DNA of 64,000 nucleotides from Octopus vulgaris. Lineage: Eukaryota. Position numbers and translations under genes: made by a program. This document shows positions 12,711-25,312 of the stretch, piece after piece. Location: NCBI GenBank assembly GCA_951406725.2, contig OX597822.1, positions 68,758,001 to 68,822,000 of the forward strand, given 5' to 3'. Within the stretch, counting starts at the first letter, position 1; every line of letters starts with the position of its first letter. The notes beneath the pieces are model-generated. The model made no database searches, was not told the origin of the DNA, and worked only from the letters and a program-made list of their open reading frames with translations.

Positions 12711-12977
12711 TTAACCCTTTTGTTACTGAATTTATTTAGAGATGCTCTGTGTTTCTTTCAATTAATTTTAAATATAACAAAGAATTTAGTGAAATAACTT
12801 AGTTACCATTAACCTAGCATTAGGAGCATAAATCGTGACTAATGGTTGGTAGAAGATTCTAATTCAAAACTTATGAAAACAAGGCATATGTACTACAGAG
12901 CCAGAGGCAGTTTCAGCCAGGTTGGTATCAAAAGGGTTAAGAATTGCTTCAGCCAGGTTGGTATTGAAAGGGTTAAA
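12711..12977. mobile_element. MITE with ttaaccct...agggttaa termini (piggyBac-like TTAA ends)
   Basis: TIRs ttaaccctttt / aaaagggttaa; related copies at ~410-603, 3141-3596, 15657-15884, 26025-26250 and 53053-53270. Confidence 0.65.
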
Positions 12978-14215
12978 CTCCTCTCTACAACATCTTTTCC
13001 ATTCCATTCATCAAGTCTTAAAGATTTCTCAATCAAAAAGTTAGCATTAACAAGAAATCATTTAAGGCCACCTGGTTTTATATCTTCACAACACATTCTG
13101 ATTTATTTTCATAATATTTTTCTCTTTTAATGTATCCAAGTCGTCTGCCAAGTCTATTAATTCTTCATGAGAAAAGTATTTTTTCATCTACTCCTTTCCC
13201 ATCAACAGCCAATTCCAAGATGCCATTTTCCATAACAGCACCAAATGCAACCTTTTCTGCAGACTTTGAAACTTGTATGATTGCACCATTTACCACTGTT
13301 AGCAAAAATTCTTCGAAATCAGTTTTGCATCAATCAAAACTATACATACTTTGGAACAAGTAAGTAACATCACAAGTAGGGTAATGACTAAGGCAAGAAT
13401 ATCCCCGGTATGAGGATTGGAATAAGAAAAAGAATCTATATATACATATATCCACAGTGGGTTCCCCTATTGGCATCAACGTATGAAGGCCTAACAGTGA
13501 ATAATATAGCCGTTTTGTAAATGCTGATAGCAGAAAACTAATGCAAATGTTTGCTATAAATTCATCTCAGGTTTTTCTGTTCAAGTTCTCCATCTCCTGA
13601 GTTAGTTGCCTTCACCATGGCATAAGAGTATCCCCTCACACATTTTTTTAGGTAGTTGAAAGTTACGGCTGGTCATATAGTGACCATTGGATTTACACCT
13701 ATAAACCACTTAGCAATATAGGCAACCTGTCAGACTCAAATGGCTGAAAGTGCATAACCTCACTACAGCTGGAAGAAATACATAATGATCAGTTCATTTC
13801 ATCAACAAAAAGTAATTGTCTGTGCTGCTGGGGAATTTCAAGTCCGAAGTAAGAAGTGTTTTAGATGTGGGCATTGGCTGAATACTTCTTTCCTGGAGTT
13901 TAAAAGGGTCCCTGATCAAGCAAGTTTTTTTTAGGATTCTTGCCTTCTCTGTGAAATAAAACTTGCATCATTTGCTCCCATTTATAAAAGCCCCCAGTTG
14001 TTCAAAAAGTTTCCATTTAATTATGTATGGGGTTCCTTCCTCCCTTAAGCACCACATGTAGCTGGCCAGGGACATGATGTTGCACCTTTCCAGTATCCTA
14101 ATAAGGGGACTTGTGATTGTTCCTCAAATGAAGGATGGCTGTGAAGACAGCTTAGAAAATCATGTTAATATTCTTAGAAGACAGGAAAAAGTGCAAAAAA
14201 TTGGCCAACAAGCCT
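12978..14215 (-). mobile_element. Decayed coding remnant, transposon-like, family unassigned
   Basis: Coding-like stretches with stops (AVMENGILELAVDGKGVDEK; KPGGLK*FLVNANFLIEKSLRLDEWNGKD); not channel-like. Confidence 0.35.
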
Positions 14216-14237
14216 CTACAGAGAATCAGATCCAGAT

Positions 14238-14271
<34 letters not shown>

Positions 14272-14597
14272 ACATATATATGTATGCATGTATGCTTTAG
14301 GAATAGTGAGTCTCAAAGTACATAAATCTATTATTTATATGCATGCTATTATTTATAGCTTTATGAGCTTCGAGATCCACTGTTTCAAAAGAGAATTGTT
14401 TCATGTTCTCTCAAGAGTTTATAAATTTTTATGACATTGATATATCGAAATATATGACAGTAAATGAAATAAATAATCTATCTCTGCATTTGTAAATCTA
14501 TAGAATTTTTTTTTTACTAGGTTTCACAAAGTTTGAAAAGACTGCAAATTTGAACACATAAATACAATTTTTCTTTTTTTTTTGCTTTTACTAAATT

Positions 14598-14905
14598 TTT
14601 TCTAACAACTAAAAGCCATTTCTCAAACATGAAGAAAATTTGCTTCCAATATATCTAGCTTGGTTGATCAAGCCTAGTAAACTGATTGACAGATTATTTA
14701 ATTTGTTCGATAACATGCTGTTTCTATAGACAACCAGGTTTAAAACATTTAACTTGAGCACAAACAAGAAAAATATTAAGTTAAAATACAAACACAGGAC
14801 CTCATGCTGATGGTGATAAAACAAGTGTTACATACATATTATGCCAATGTCCATAAACATTTATCATGACAAAAATGCATCAACTCCTAGTGAAAATTAT
14901 CTCAG
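14598..14905 (-). pseudogene. Degenerate Cav/Nav fragments (S6, S2-S3, pore)
   Basis: LCLYFNLIFFLFVLKLNVLNLVV (cf. IYFVTLIIIGSFFVLNLV), SSCLRNGF*LLE (cf. AYLRNGWNLLD), AEIIFT and *AFLS. Confidence 0.55.
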
Positions 14906-14998
14906 CTGCTGTTTAAATTTATTTTCTATATTTAAGAGATGAGGAATTATGTACATTATCTACATTTGATGGATATTTGTCTTCATCTTGTTTGTTGT

Positions 14999-15046
14999 TA
15001 ATACAACGTTTCGGCTGATATACCTTCCAGCTTTCATCAGATGTCT
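14999..15046 (-). ncRNA. Minimal type I hammerhead ribozyme motif (Penelope-type, partly decayed)
   Basis: gacat-CTGATGA-aagctg-gaaggtatat-cagcc-GAAA-cg-TT-gtatt; palindromic AACGTT in place of stem III. Confidence 0.7.
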
Positions 15047-15121
15047 TGGGGGAAATTTCGAACCTGGGTTCTCATTCCTAAGGTATTTTTTGATGTTATT
15101 ATTATTATTATTACTGCTATT

Positions 15122-15176
<55 letters not shown>

Positions 15177-15333
15177 TCACTGCCTGGAATCAAACTCAGA
15201 ATCTTGGGGTTAGTAGCCCGGGCTCTTAACCACTACGCCATATGACCTGAATAAAAATGATAATAATAATAACAACAACAACAACAACAAAAAATACCTT
15301 AGGAATGAGAATCCAGGTTCAAAATTTCACCAA

Positions 15334-15376
15334 GACACTTGATGAAGGCTGGAGGGTATATCAGCCGAAACGTGTT
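15334..15376 (+). ncRNA. Second, mutated hammerhead motif copy
   Basis: gacac-TTGATGA-aggctg-gagggtatat-cagcc-GAAA-cgtgtt; C3 changed and the cleavage region shortened. Confidence 0.55.
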
Positions 15377-15954
15377 AACAACAAAGATGGGGACAAATAT
15401 CTGTCACATGTAAATAATGTAAATTTATTTTGTTTTTAAATTCAATTTAAACCATTTAAATAAATCTGTCAAATATAATGTTTACTTAATATTCATATTG
15501 TTTTGAATTAATCATGCATTATCCTGTAGCTTTGAGATATGAATGATATACTTGTTTATTTTTAAAATGACATTCATAGGTAGGTGTGAGAGGCTGGATC
15601 TGGCTGTTTCAAATACTAAAGGGTTAACCATAGCTTTCTAAATTTATTAAAAGTAAGTTAACCCTTTAGCATTTAAACTGGCCGTATCCAGCCCAAATAT
15701 TCTTCCTGTTTTACATTCAAACTGACCATATCAGGCTTCTCACACCTACCCAACAATGTCATTCTGAAAATAAGCAATAATATCACTGAAACCACGGAGC
15801 TACAAGATAATGCACAAGTAATTCAAAATAATATGAATATATAAGTATTACATTTGACAGAATAATCTGAATGCTAACGTGTTAAGTATTCGTAAAAATA
15901 TTCTTTCTACTATAGGCACAAGGCCTGAAATTTTGGAGGAGGAGGGGGCTAATT

Positions 15955-16258
15955 AATTTGTTCCTTCTCGAGCCATGCCTGGCTCATAATGGCCGGTTTC
16001 CCAGTTTCCTTGTCGTATAGGTTCCCCACCTGGACGGGATGCTGGTCCATTGCAGGTGAGCTGCAAGATGCAGGAGGAAAGAATGAGAGAATGTTGTGGT
16101 GAAAGAGTCAGCAGAAGTTCGCCATTACCTTCTGCCAGAGCCACATGGAGCTTAGGTGTTTCGCTCATAAACACACACATCGCCCGGTCTGAGATTCGAA
16201 CCCGCAATGCCTCGACCGAGAGTCCGCTGCTCTAACCACTTGGCCACATGCCTCCACA
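15955..16258 (-). mobile_element. tRNA-derived SINE family C
   Basis: A/B-box head; paralogous plus-strand copy at 61915-62212 whose head has a TCG (Arg) anticodon-like loop. Confidence 0.85.
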
Positions 16259-16559
16259 GGAGGGGGCTAGTCGATTACATCGACTCCAGTGTTCAACTGG
16301 TACTTATTTCATCGACCCCTGAAAGGATGAAAAGCAAAGTCAACCTTGGTAACATTTGAACTCGGAGTATAAAGTCAGAAGAAACGCCACTAAACATTTT
16401 GTCCAGGGTGCTAAACATTCTGCCAATTGCGAGATTCTTTATTACCAAAGTAAATTATCTTGGAAATTTCAAATATCAACAAATAATAATAATAATAATC
16501 TATATTATATTTTACAAATGATAAACAATATATAACATTTCCACAACTAGAAAGTAAAG

Positions 16560-16740
16560 TACTTCTGCATAGAGAAGAAAACAAGAATAATTGGTAGCAC
16601 TAATGAAATGGTAGAAGATTCTAAGATAGATTCTAAACAGAAAGATTATGTTATGTCAGATGGACAGATGGATGAATGGTCCGGCACAATAAAAAAAAAT
16701 GCAGAAAAATAAAAGATCAATCAATGAATGGCTACTGTAT
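16560..16740 (-). pseudogene. Degenerate channel fragments (DII S1 and S4)
   Basis: PFID and NLSV/FRIYLRIF; cf. DPFVD and GLSVLRSFRLLRVF. Confidence 0.4.
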
Positions 16741-16824
16741 TAATTATAATTAATGCTTAATGAAAACAAGCAAAACTAATGAGAAAAAATAGTCTGTTTT
16801 AATTAGTGATGTAATATACACTGC

Positions 16825-16857
<33 letters not shown>

Positions 16858-17066
16858 CCTTTCTACTGCAGGCACAAGACCTGAAACTTGCAGGGAGGAA
16901 GTAAGTCGACCACATCGACCCCAGTGCTTGACTGGTACTTAATTTATTGACCCTGAAAGGATGAAAGGCAAAGTCAACCTTGGTGGAATTTGGACTCAGA
17001 ACGTAAAGATGGACGAAATGCCATTAAGCGTCCAGCATGCTAACAATTCTGCCAGCTCACTGCCTG

Positions 17067-17125
<59 letters not shown>

Positions 17126-18095
17126 TTCTATCATAGGCACAAGGCCTTGAAAATTTGGGGGAAAGTGGGTTAGCTGATTACATTGACCCCCAGTGCATAA
17201 CTGGTACTTATTTCATCCCCCCACCGCCCCCAACCCAAAAGGATGAAAGGCAAAGTCGACCTCGGCAGAATTTGAACTCACAATGTAAAGAGAACCAGAA
17301 GAAACACTGCTTGGCATTGAATCTGGCACACTAATGATTATGCCAGCTCATTACCTAATTAAGTGTTATTAATAATGTTAAGCCTAAGGTAGCAAGCTGG
17401 TAGAAACATAAGCACACCACGAAATGCCTTCCAGTTTTACCTTCTGAGTTCAAATGCTGCAAAGATCAACTTTGCCTTTCATACTTCCAGGGTGGATGAA
17501 TTATGTACCAGTCAAATACTGGAGTCCCTCCTCTCACAATTGCTGGCCTTGTGCCAAAATTAGAAACAGTAATAATAATAATAATAATAATAATGATGAT
17601 AATAATAATAATTTATTTCTTCACTGCCCAAAAGGGGCTACACACAGAGGGGACAAACAAGGACAGACAAAGGGATTAAGTCGATTGCGACGACCCCAGT
17701 GCGAAACTTGTACTTAATTTATCGACCTCGAAAGAATGAAAGGCAAAGTCGACCTCGGCAGAATTTGAACTCAGAATGTAACGACAGACGAAATACCGCT
17801 AAGCATTTCACCCGGCTCGCTAACGTTTCTGCCAGCTCGCCGCCTTATTTATATTTATATAATAATAATAATCCTTTCTACTGGAAGCACAAGGCCTCAA
17901 ATTTGGGGGGAAGTTAGTAAGTCGATTACATCAACCCCAGAACGCAACTGGTACTTAATTTATCAACCCCAAAAGGGTGAAAGGCAAAGTTGACCTCATC
18001 AGAATTTGAACTCAGAACATAGCAATGGATAAAATACCACTAGGAATTTCATCCAGTGTGCTAAAGATTCAGCCTTAAATAATACTAATGCTAAA

Positions 18096-18138
<43 letters not shown>

Positions 18139-18139
18139 G

Positions 18140-18171
<32 letters not shown>

Positions 18172-18179
18172 GCAGCAGA

Positions 18180-18610
18180 AAGTAACTGGAAATGTTCTTT
18201 GCAAAAATTTCTAAAAAAAATATGTGTTTCTTTATAATATTCATGACACTAGACAGCAGATAAAAAAACAGGCAAAAATAATAATCAGAAAACAGGTTAG
18301 TGAAAAATATGCTTATAATGTAGCAGCCGATAGGAGCAGTCGTGTGTATAAAGACTGAAATCTCACCGTGGTATAGAGGCCATTTCGTAAAGAACGATCC
18401 ATAATCATCAAAAGCTAGTAGGGTAGAAGAAAGAAGAAAAAAAAAAAACAGAAGAGAGAAAAACAATGTGTGTAATAATTGTCAATAAAGAATTTGGTGC
18501 CGAGCAAAAATGGTTTATAGTAAAAAGAAAATTACATAAATAAGGAAACAGGGTGTCTTGATTGACAATATAGAAGCAAAATATTTGACAAAATCATCAA
18601 TTGTAGAATA
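18180..18610 (-). pseudogene. Mosaic of Nav DIII S1, S6, S2 and pore fragments
   Basis: LLSSTLLAFDD (cf. LLSSGALAFED), GSFFT, IFFTNLF, IFFLEIFAK (cf. IFFLEMLIK), STIDDFVKYFASILSIKT (cf. TSFDTFSWAFLSLFRLMT) and FIDNY. Confidence 0.7.
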
Positions 18611-18618
18611 TATAATTG

Positions 18619-18655
<37 letters not shown>

Positions 18656-19004
18656 AATAATTGAATATATATAAATATATGTATAATTGAAATTATGCAT
18701 AAATATATATATATAAAATAAATAAAATGAAGGCAAGAAAATGGGTTTAAAATCATGAATATATATATATATTAATTTTTGCTGAAAGATATAATTGACA
18801 AAAGCTTGCTCAGAGTCTCCCCCTTCACCAATCACTTTCAAATTAAACAATGAGAAGTTTCTTTGATATAATTAACCATATTAGCATCAATATATTTCAT
18901 TTGCAGTATGTTAAATATTGCTTTTATTTCAAATTGTTTTTTGTTCATCTTGTAATTTGTTGCATTCAATGAAAATAAATTGAATTAAATTGTAGTTGTA
19001 CACC

Positions 19005-19960
<956 letters not shown>

Positions 19961-20192
19961 TGAATATATCAGGATGATAGATCTGATGTTAATAAACATA
20001 TATTTGCTACGATATAGTGGCTTGGAGTCGCGTCGTAAATTATTGCTAAGTCTAAAAAATATAGTAAAATAAGTGACTGGCAATCGTGATAGCATTAATA
20101 AATAAATAAATAAAGTTTTTTTTTTTTTTTTTTTTTTGAAATGAGAAAAAAAAAAAATGAAAATAATGAATATAGAACATTGTATTTTGCAG

Positions 20193-20231
20193 GTTTAAGT
20201 GGGCTGATCCAGTATGCAAAAGTATTAATGA
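20193..20231 (+). other. Candidate 39-nt microexon
   Basis: tgtattttgcAG|GTTTAAGTGG...GTATTAATGA|GTAAGT; length divisible by 3, two open frames. Confidence 0.3.
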
Positions 20232-20261
20232 GTAAGTAACACAACTATCTCTCTAATATGA

Positions 20262-20420
20262 ATCAAAGAGAAGGAGAGCCATATTATATAGAATGCTCCA
20301 CCAAGTTAGTTAAGTGGTTAGTCCAGCTGTTGCCTTCAGCTGAGCTCTACCATCCTGTTCCAACATTAAAAAAACGGCAGACATTGAAAATAATAAAAAC
20401 TTTACAGCAGAGTCTCTAGG
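20262..20420 (-). pseudogene. Two degenerate copies of Nav DIV S4-S5 linker/S5 start
   Basis: ETLL*...atgt-LP-tttt-FNVG and LYNMALLLF; cf. [22 protein letters not shown]. Confidence 0.6.
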
Positions 20421-22104
20421 CAATTAGCCAATCAACAAAGATTCTCTCTGAACAACAATAACAACAAAACACACACACACACACACGGTATAAACACACA
20501 TATACATATACATATATATATATGTATATGCACACAAATATATACACACGTGTTCTTTGTGTGTCTGTTTATGTGTCAACATAATATTAATTTTAAAAAT
20601 AAAAATAAATATCATACAAAATATATATAAAATACTTTGATAATTAATATGGAAATTCCTGCGTGAGAAGGCTTAGCAAGTATATAAACATTGAGAATTC
20701 AAGATTTCTTTTACTCTTTTACTTGTCTCAGTCTTTTTGACTGTGGCCATGCTGGAGCACCGCCTATAGTCGAACAAATCGACCCTAGGACTTATTGTTT
20801 GTAAGTCTAGTACTTATTCTATCAGTCTCTTTTGCCAAACTGCTAAGTGATGGGGACGTAAACACCAAAATCAGTTGCAAGTGATCTTGGGGGGACAAAC
20901 ACAGACACAAATAACAAATACACACACACATATATATATACACATACACGATGGGCTTCTTTCAGTTTCTGTCTACCAAATCCACTCAAAAGGCTTTGGT
21001 CGGACTATGGCTATAGTAGAAGATAACCTGCCAAAGGTACCACACAGTGGGATTGAACTCGCAACCATGTGGTTGGGAAGCAAACTTCTTACCACACAGC
21101 TACTCCCACATCTGTATACTAGTACAATATACTTAATAAGAAAGGCGGCAAGCTGGCAGAAATGTTAGCACGCTAGGCAGAACGCTTAGCAGTATTTCAT
21201 CTGCCGTCACATTCTGAGTTCAAATTCTGCCGACGTCAACTTTGCCTTTCATCCTTTCGGAGTCGATAAATTAAGTACCAGTTACGCACTGGGGTTTGTT
21301 TGTCCCCTCTATGTTTAGCCCCTTGTGGGCAATAAAGAAATAAGAAACAGAGTTGTATTTTATATTGGTTTCATTTTTTTGGTACAAGGCCAGCAATTTC
21401 AGAGCAGGGAGTAAGTTAACTACATCGACCCTCAGTGCTCAACTGATACTTATTTTATCAACCTCAAAAGGATTAAAGGCAAAGTTGACCACTGCAGAAT
21501 TTGAACTCAGAATGTAATGAAAGATGAAATGCTGCTAAGCATTTTGCCCCGCTTGCTAATGATTCTGCCAGTTTGCCGCCTTAGAGCTGTATCTCACTCT
21601 TTTCTACTCTAGGCACAAGGCCTGAAATTTTGTGGGGAGCCAGTCGATTAGATCAACCCCAATACACAACTGATACTAAATTTATCGACTCTGAAAGAAT
21701 GAAAGGCAAAGTTGACTTCGGTGGAATTTGAACTCAGAATGTAAAGACAGATGAAATACCGCTAAGCATTTCACCCGGTGTGCTAACGTTTCTGCCAGCT
21801 TGCTGCTTTCATCCTGCTTAATATTCTTTTCTACTCTAGGCACAAGGCCCAAAATTTTGGGGGAGGGGGGCCAGTCAATTAGATCAACCCCAGAACACAA
21901 CTGGTACTTAATTTATCGACCCTGAAAGAATGAAAAGCAAAGTCGACTCCAGTGGAATTTGAACTCAGAACGTAAAGACATGAAATACTGCTAAGAGCTG
22001 TATCTCATATTACTATAAGTAGAATGACTGGGTCACTGAACAAATACAAAAAATTTTTCCAAAAATAGAAGGTATCTGGAGAAGGAAATCAAGGAGAGAC
22101 TGGC

Positions 22105-22329
22105 TTATTGATAATGAGAGATGGACTGTGATGAGAACAATGAAATGCATAAAGAAGTCCAAGATGAAAGGAATGGAAAATATTGGTAAAAAAATTCAAT
22201 GTTATATTCAATGAATGCAACATTGAATTTTTGGGTGGAAACTAGATTGTATATTGTTACAGTATGTTTTGATATTATATGACACAGTATGGTATGTGAT
22301 GATGCAGTGTTATATAATATGATATGTAA

Positions 22330-22330
<1 letters not shown>
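22105..22330 (-). pseudogene. Degenerate DIV S1-like and DII S4-S5-like fragments
   Basis: IYNLVSTQKFNVAFI (cf. FxLVTxQKFDI) and SWTSL (cf. Cav HWTSL). Confidence 0.45.
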
Positions 22331-22382
<52 letters not shown>

Positions 22383-23334
22383 GAACTCTAGTAGGCTGAA
22401 ACTTTGAAGTCACTGTCAACCACCTTCATGCATGAGTTTAATAAACATGTTATTGAAATCGAATCGTAGTTGTAGCAGTTACTGGTGGAATGTAAAAGCC
22501 TTCATCACACTCTCGGAGTGAATGGTATTAGGAAGGGCATCCGGTCATAGAAACCATGCCAAATCAGAATGGAGTCTGGTGCAGGCCCTCGGCCTACCAG
22601 CCCTGGTCAAACCGTCCAACGCATGCCAATATGGACAACAGATGTTAAATGATGATGATGGTGATGATGATAATGACGATGATGATGATGTTATCTACTA
22701 AAAAGTATTGAGTAATTCTTCACGTTAATGTTAAACTGTTTTTATATATAACACTACATAAAAACATATAATATACATAAATATATAGATATAAATATAT
22801 AAAATTTAATTAAGAATGAATACACCACTACTTTATTATTACTCTCTTTACTCATTTACTTGTTTCAGTCATTTGACTACAGACATGCTGGAGCACTGCC
22901 TTTACTCGAGCAAATCGACCCCTGGACTTATTCTTTGTAAGCCTAGTACTTATTCTATTGGTTTCTTTTGCCGAACCGCTAAGTAATGAGGATGTAAACA
23001 CACCAGCATCGGTTGTCAAGTGATGTTGGGAGGACTAACACAGACACGCAAACACACACACACACATATATATACATACACATATATACAACGGGCTTCT
23101 TTCAAGGTGCTTACCAACCATATGGTTCTGAACCCGGAACCATGTGGTTGATAAGCAAGCTACTTACTACACAGCTACTCCTGCACCTATAGTTACAAAT
23201 GTTTCTGTAGCACTCCTTTCTAACCCATGGTACATAAATGATTCCATGTGAAAAGTTACACAAGGTGTGTGGTTGATTGTCTACCACATCAGGACCTACA
23301 TAATATATTGTGTGTGTGTGTGTGCGTGTGTGTG

Positions 23335-23381
<47 letters not shown>

Positions 23382-24588
23382 AATTCCTGGCTTTAAGAGT
23401 ATCGCAAAAGGCCTGGTTGGAGGCCCTAACTTCCAAGTTCTTTTACAGAGCTTAGAAAAACTGAAGGACCATTGCAATAAGTGTGTGAATCTGAGTGGGG
23501 AATATGTTCAATAAAATCATAATTAACTGATTCTCCTGTATTTTCTTTTACCCAAAACCAAGAACTTTCCAGCACCCCCTCATATATAGTTTAAAATGTA
23601 ATATGGTGTCAGACAGCATCATGTTACGATGCAGTATGATTTGAGCTGCCAACCGCAAAGTTGGGATTTTGGTAAATTAAGACTTTTTTTTTTAAAAAAA
23701 GAGAAACAAACCAAGAGATAGACAGTTGTATCTGAAGAAAAATTACCCAACACTGAAATGAACCCATTTCTGATTTTACAATTCACTAATTCACCAATTG
23801 TACCTAACATTTTGCTAATCTCTAAATTTTAATTCAGATCAATGCACACCTTCACTAGTTACCCTCAAATTCCTTGTTATTTTATATCTTTATTATTTAT
23901 TTAATCTTGTATAGGTGGGATGGTTTGTATTGGAGCAACTATTTTTTTATGGGTGGATGCACTTTGCACTAGTTACTTTTAGGTTAGGCACACAACCCGT
24001 CACACGGTTTAACTCCACAAGTTGATGGCCCTTTGGTACCTTTGGCTGAGTCCATTCTGTTGCAAGTACTCATGCCAGGTCTTTGGTTTAAGAATAATTT
24101 CTCCCTTCTCCTACCCCCAGCTTCAAAGGTCTGAAAGGAGCTATGAATATTGCCCTTCTTCCCTTGCTGAAGCTATTTGAAGAGAAGAAAAAAGGAAGAA
24201 TACAATGTAATGGTTATAATACAATTTTTGAACTTATGCGTGATCAACAGTCCAACACCTCAAGCTTATTAATAGCTATTGTTACTAAGGTTACAGATAT
24301 TTAAAAGTGAAAAGTGGGTAGTGAAAATAACTCAATAAATACCATGGATGATGTAGTTGTGATAAGCAGAGCCATGGCTGTGTGGTTAAGAATCTCACTT
24401 TGCAACCACCTGGTTGCAGGTTCAGTCACACTGCATAGCACCTTGGGCAAGTATCTTCTGCTATAGGCTGACCGAAGCCTCGTGAGTGGATTTGATAGAC
24501 GGAATCTGAAAGCTCATCATGTATATAGATATATATATATATATATCATCATCATCGTTTAACGTCCGTTCTCCATGCTAGCATGGGT

Positions 24589-24633
<45 letters not shown>

Positions 24634-25204
24634 GATGGGCTTCTTTCAGTTTCCATCTACCAATACCACTCACAAGGCTTTGGTTAGCCCGAGGCTATAG
24701 TAGAAGACACTTACCCAGGGTGCCGCGAAGTCTGACTGAACTTGGAACCATGTGTATCTTTTACGTGTTTCAGTCACTAGACTGACCATGCTGGAGCACT
24801 GCCTTCAAGGGTTTAGTCAAACAAACTCCACTACATGGTTTTTTCAAGTTTGATACATATTCTAGTCTCTTTTGCAAGATTTTTGATGTGAACTCATGTA
24901 TTAAAACAGATTTTGTTGTATCTTAGGAAGGTCATTATGCCAATAAAACCCAAGCACTAGTTCCATTTCACTTCTTTATTATTGTTACTGTTATTATTAT
25001 TATTACTATTTTCATTATCTTTCAATTCTATTTCCATTTCTTGCCTAGTGTCTTCCTAACACCTAGGGTAGAGAAACGCACTGTATACATTGGTAGGCCA
25101 TTAAAATAAACACACTAAATTGTCTATTTGCAAAGAGGAAGAAAAGACAGAGGAAAAAATAAAAAATAAAAAAGTAAACAAAGAAAATAAAGGGAGGAGG
25201 GGGG

Positions 25205-25312
25205 GAAGAAAATTCACAGCGACAATGCTCTTCTCAAAACATGTGACATACCAGTTAAGACAATCTTTTGCACTTCCTGCATGGATGGTATGCCAGGGAA
25301 CATTCTTAAATA
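25205..25312 (-). pseudogene. Degenerate Cav2/Cav1 DI S4-S5 fragment
   Basis: LRMFPGIPSMQEVQKIVLTGMSHVLRRAL, ungapped against [29 protein letters not shown]. Confidence 0.7.

Larger units (their letters stand above)
14933..15425. mobile_element. tRNA-headed non-autonomous element with Penelope-like inverted terminal duplication
   Basis: tRNA-like head on the minus strand at 15172-15244 followed by (AAT)n; the segment 14950-15090 is duplicated in inverted orientation at 15290-15425. Confidence 0.75.
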
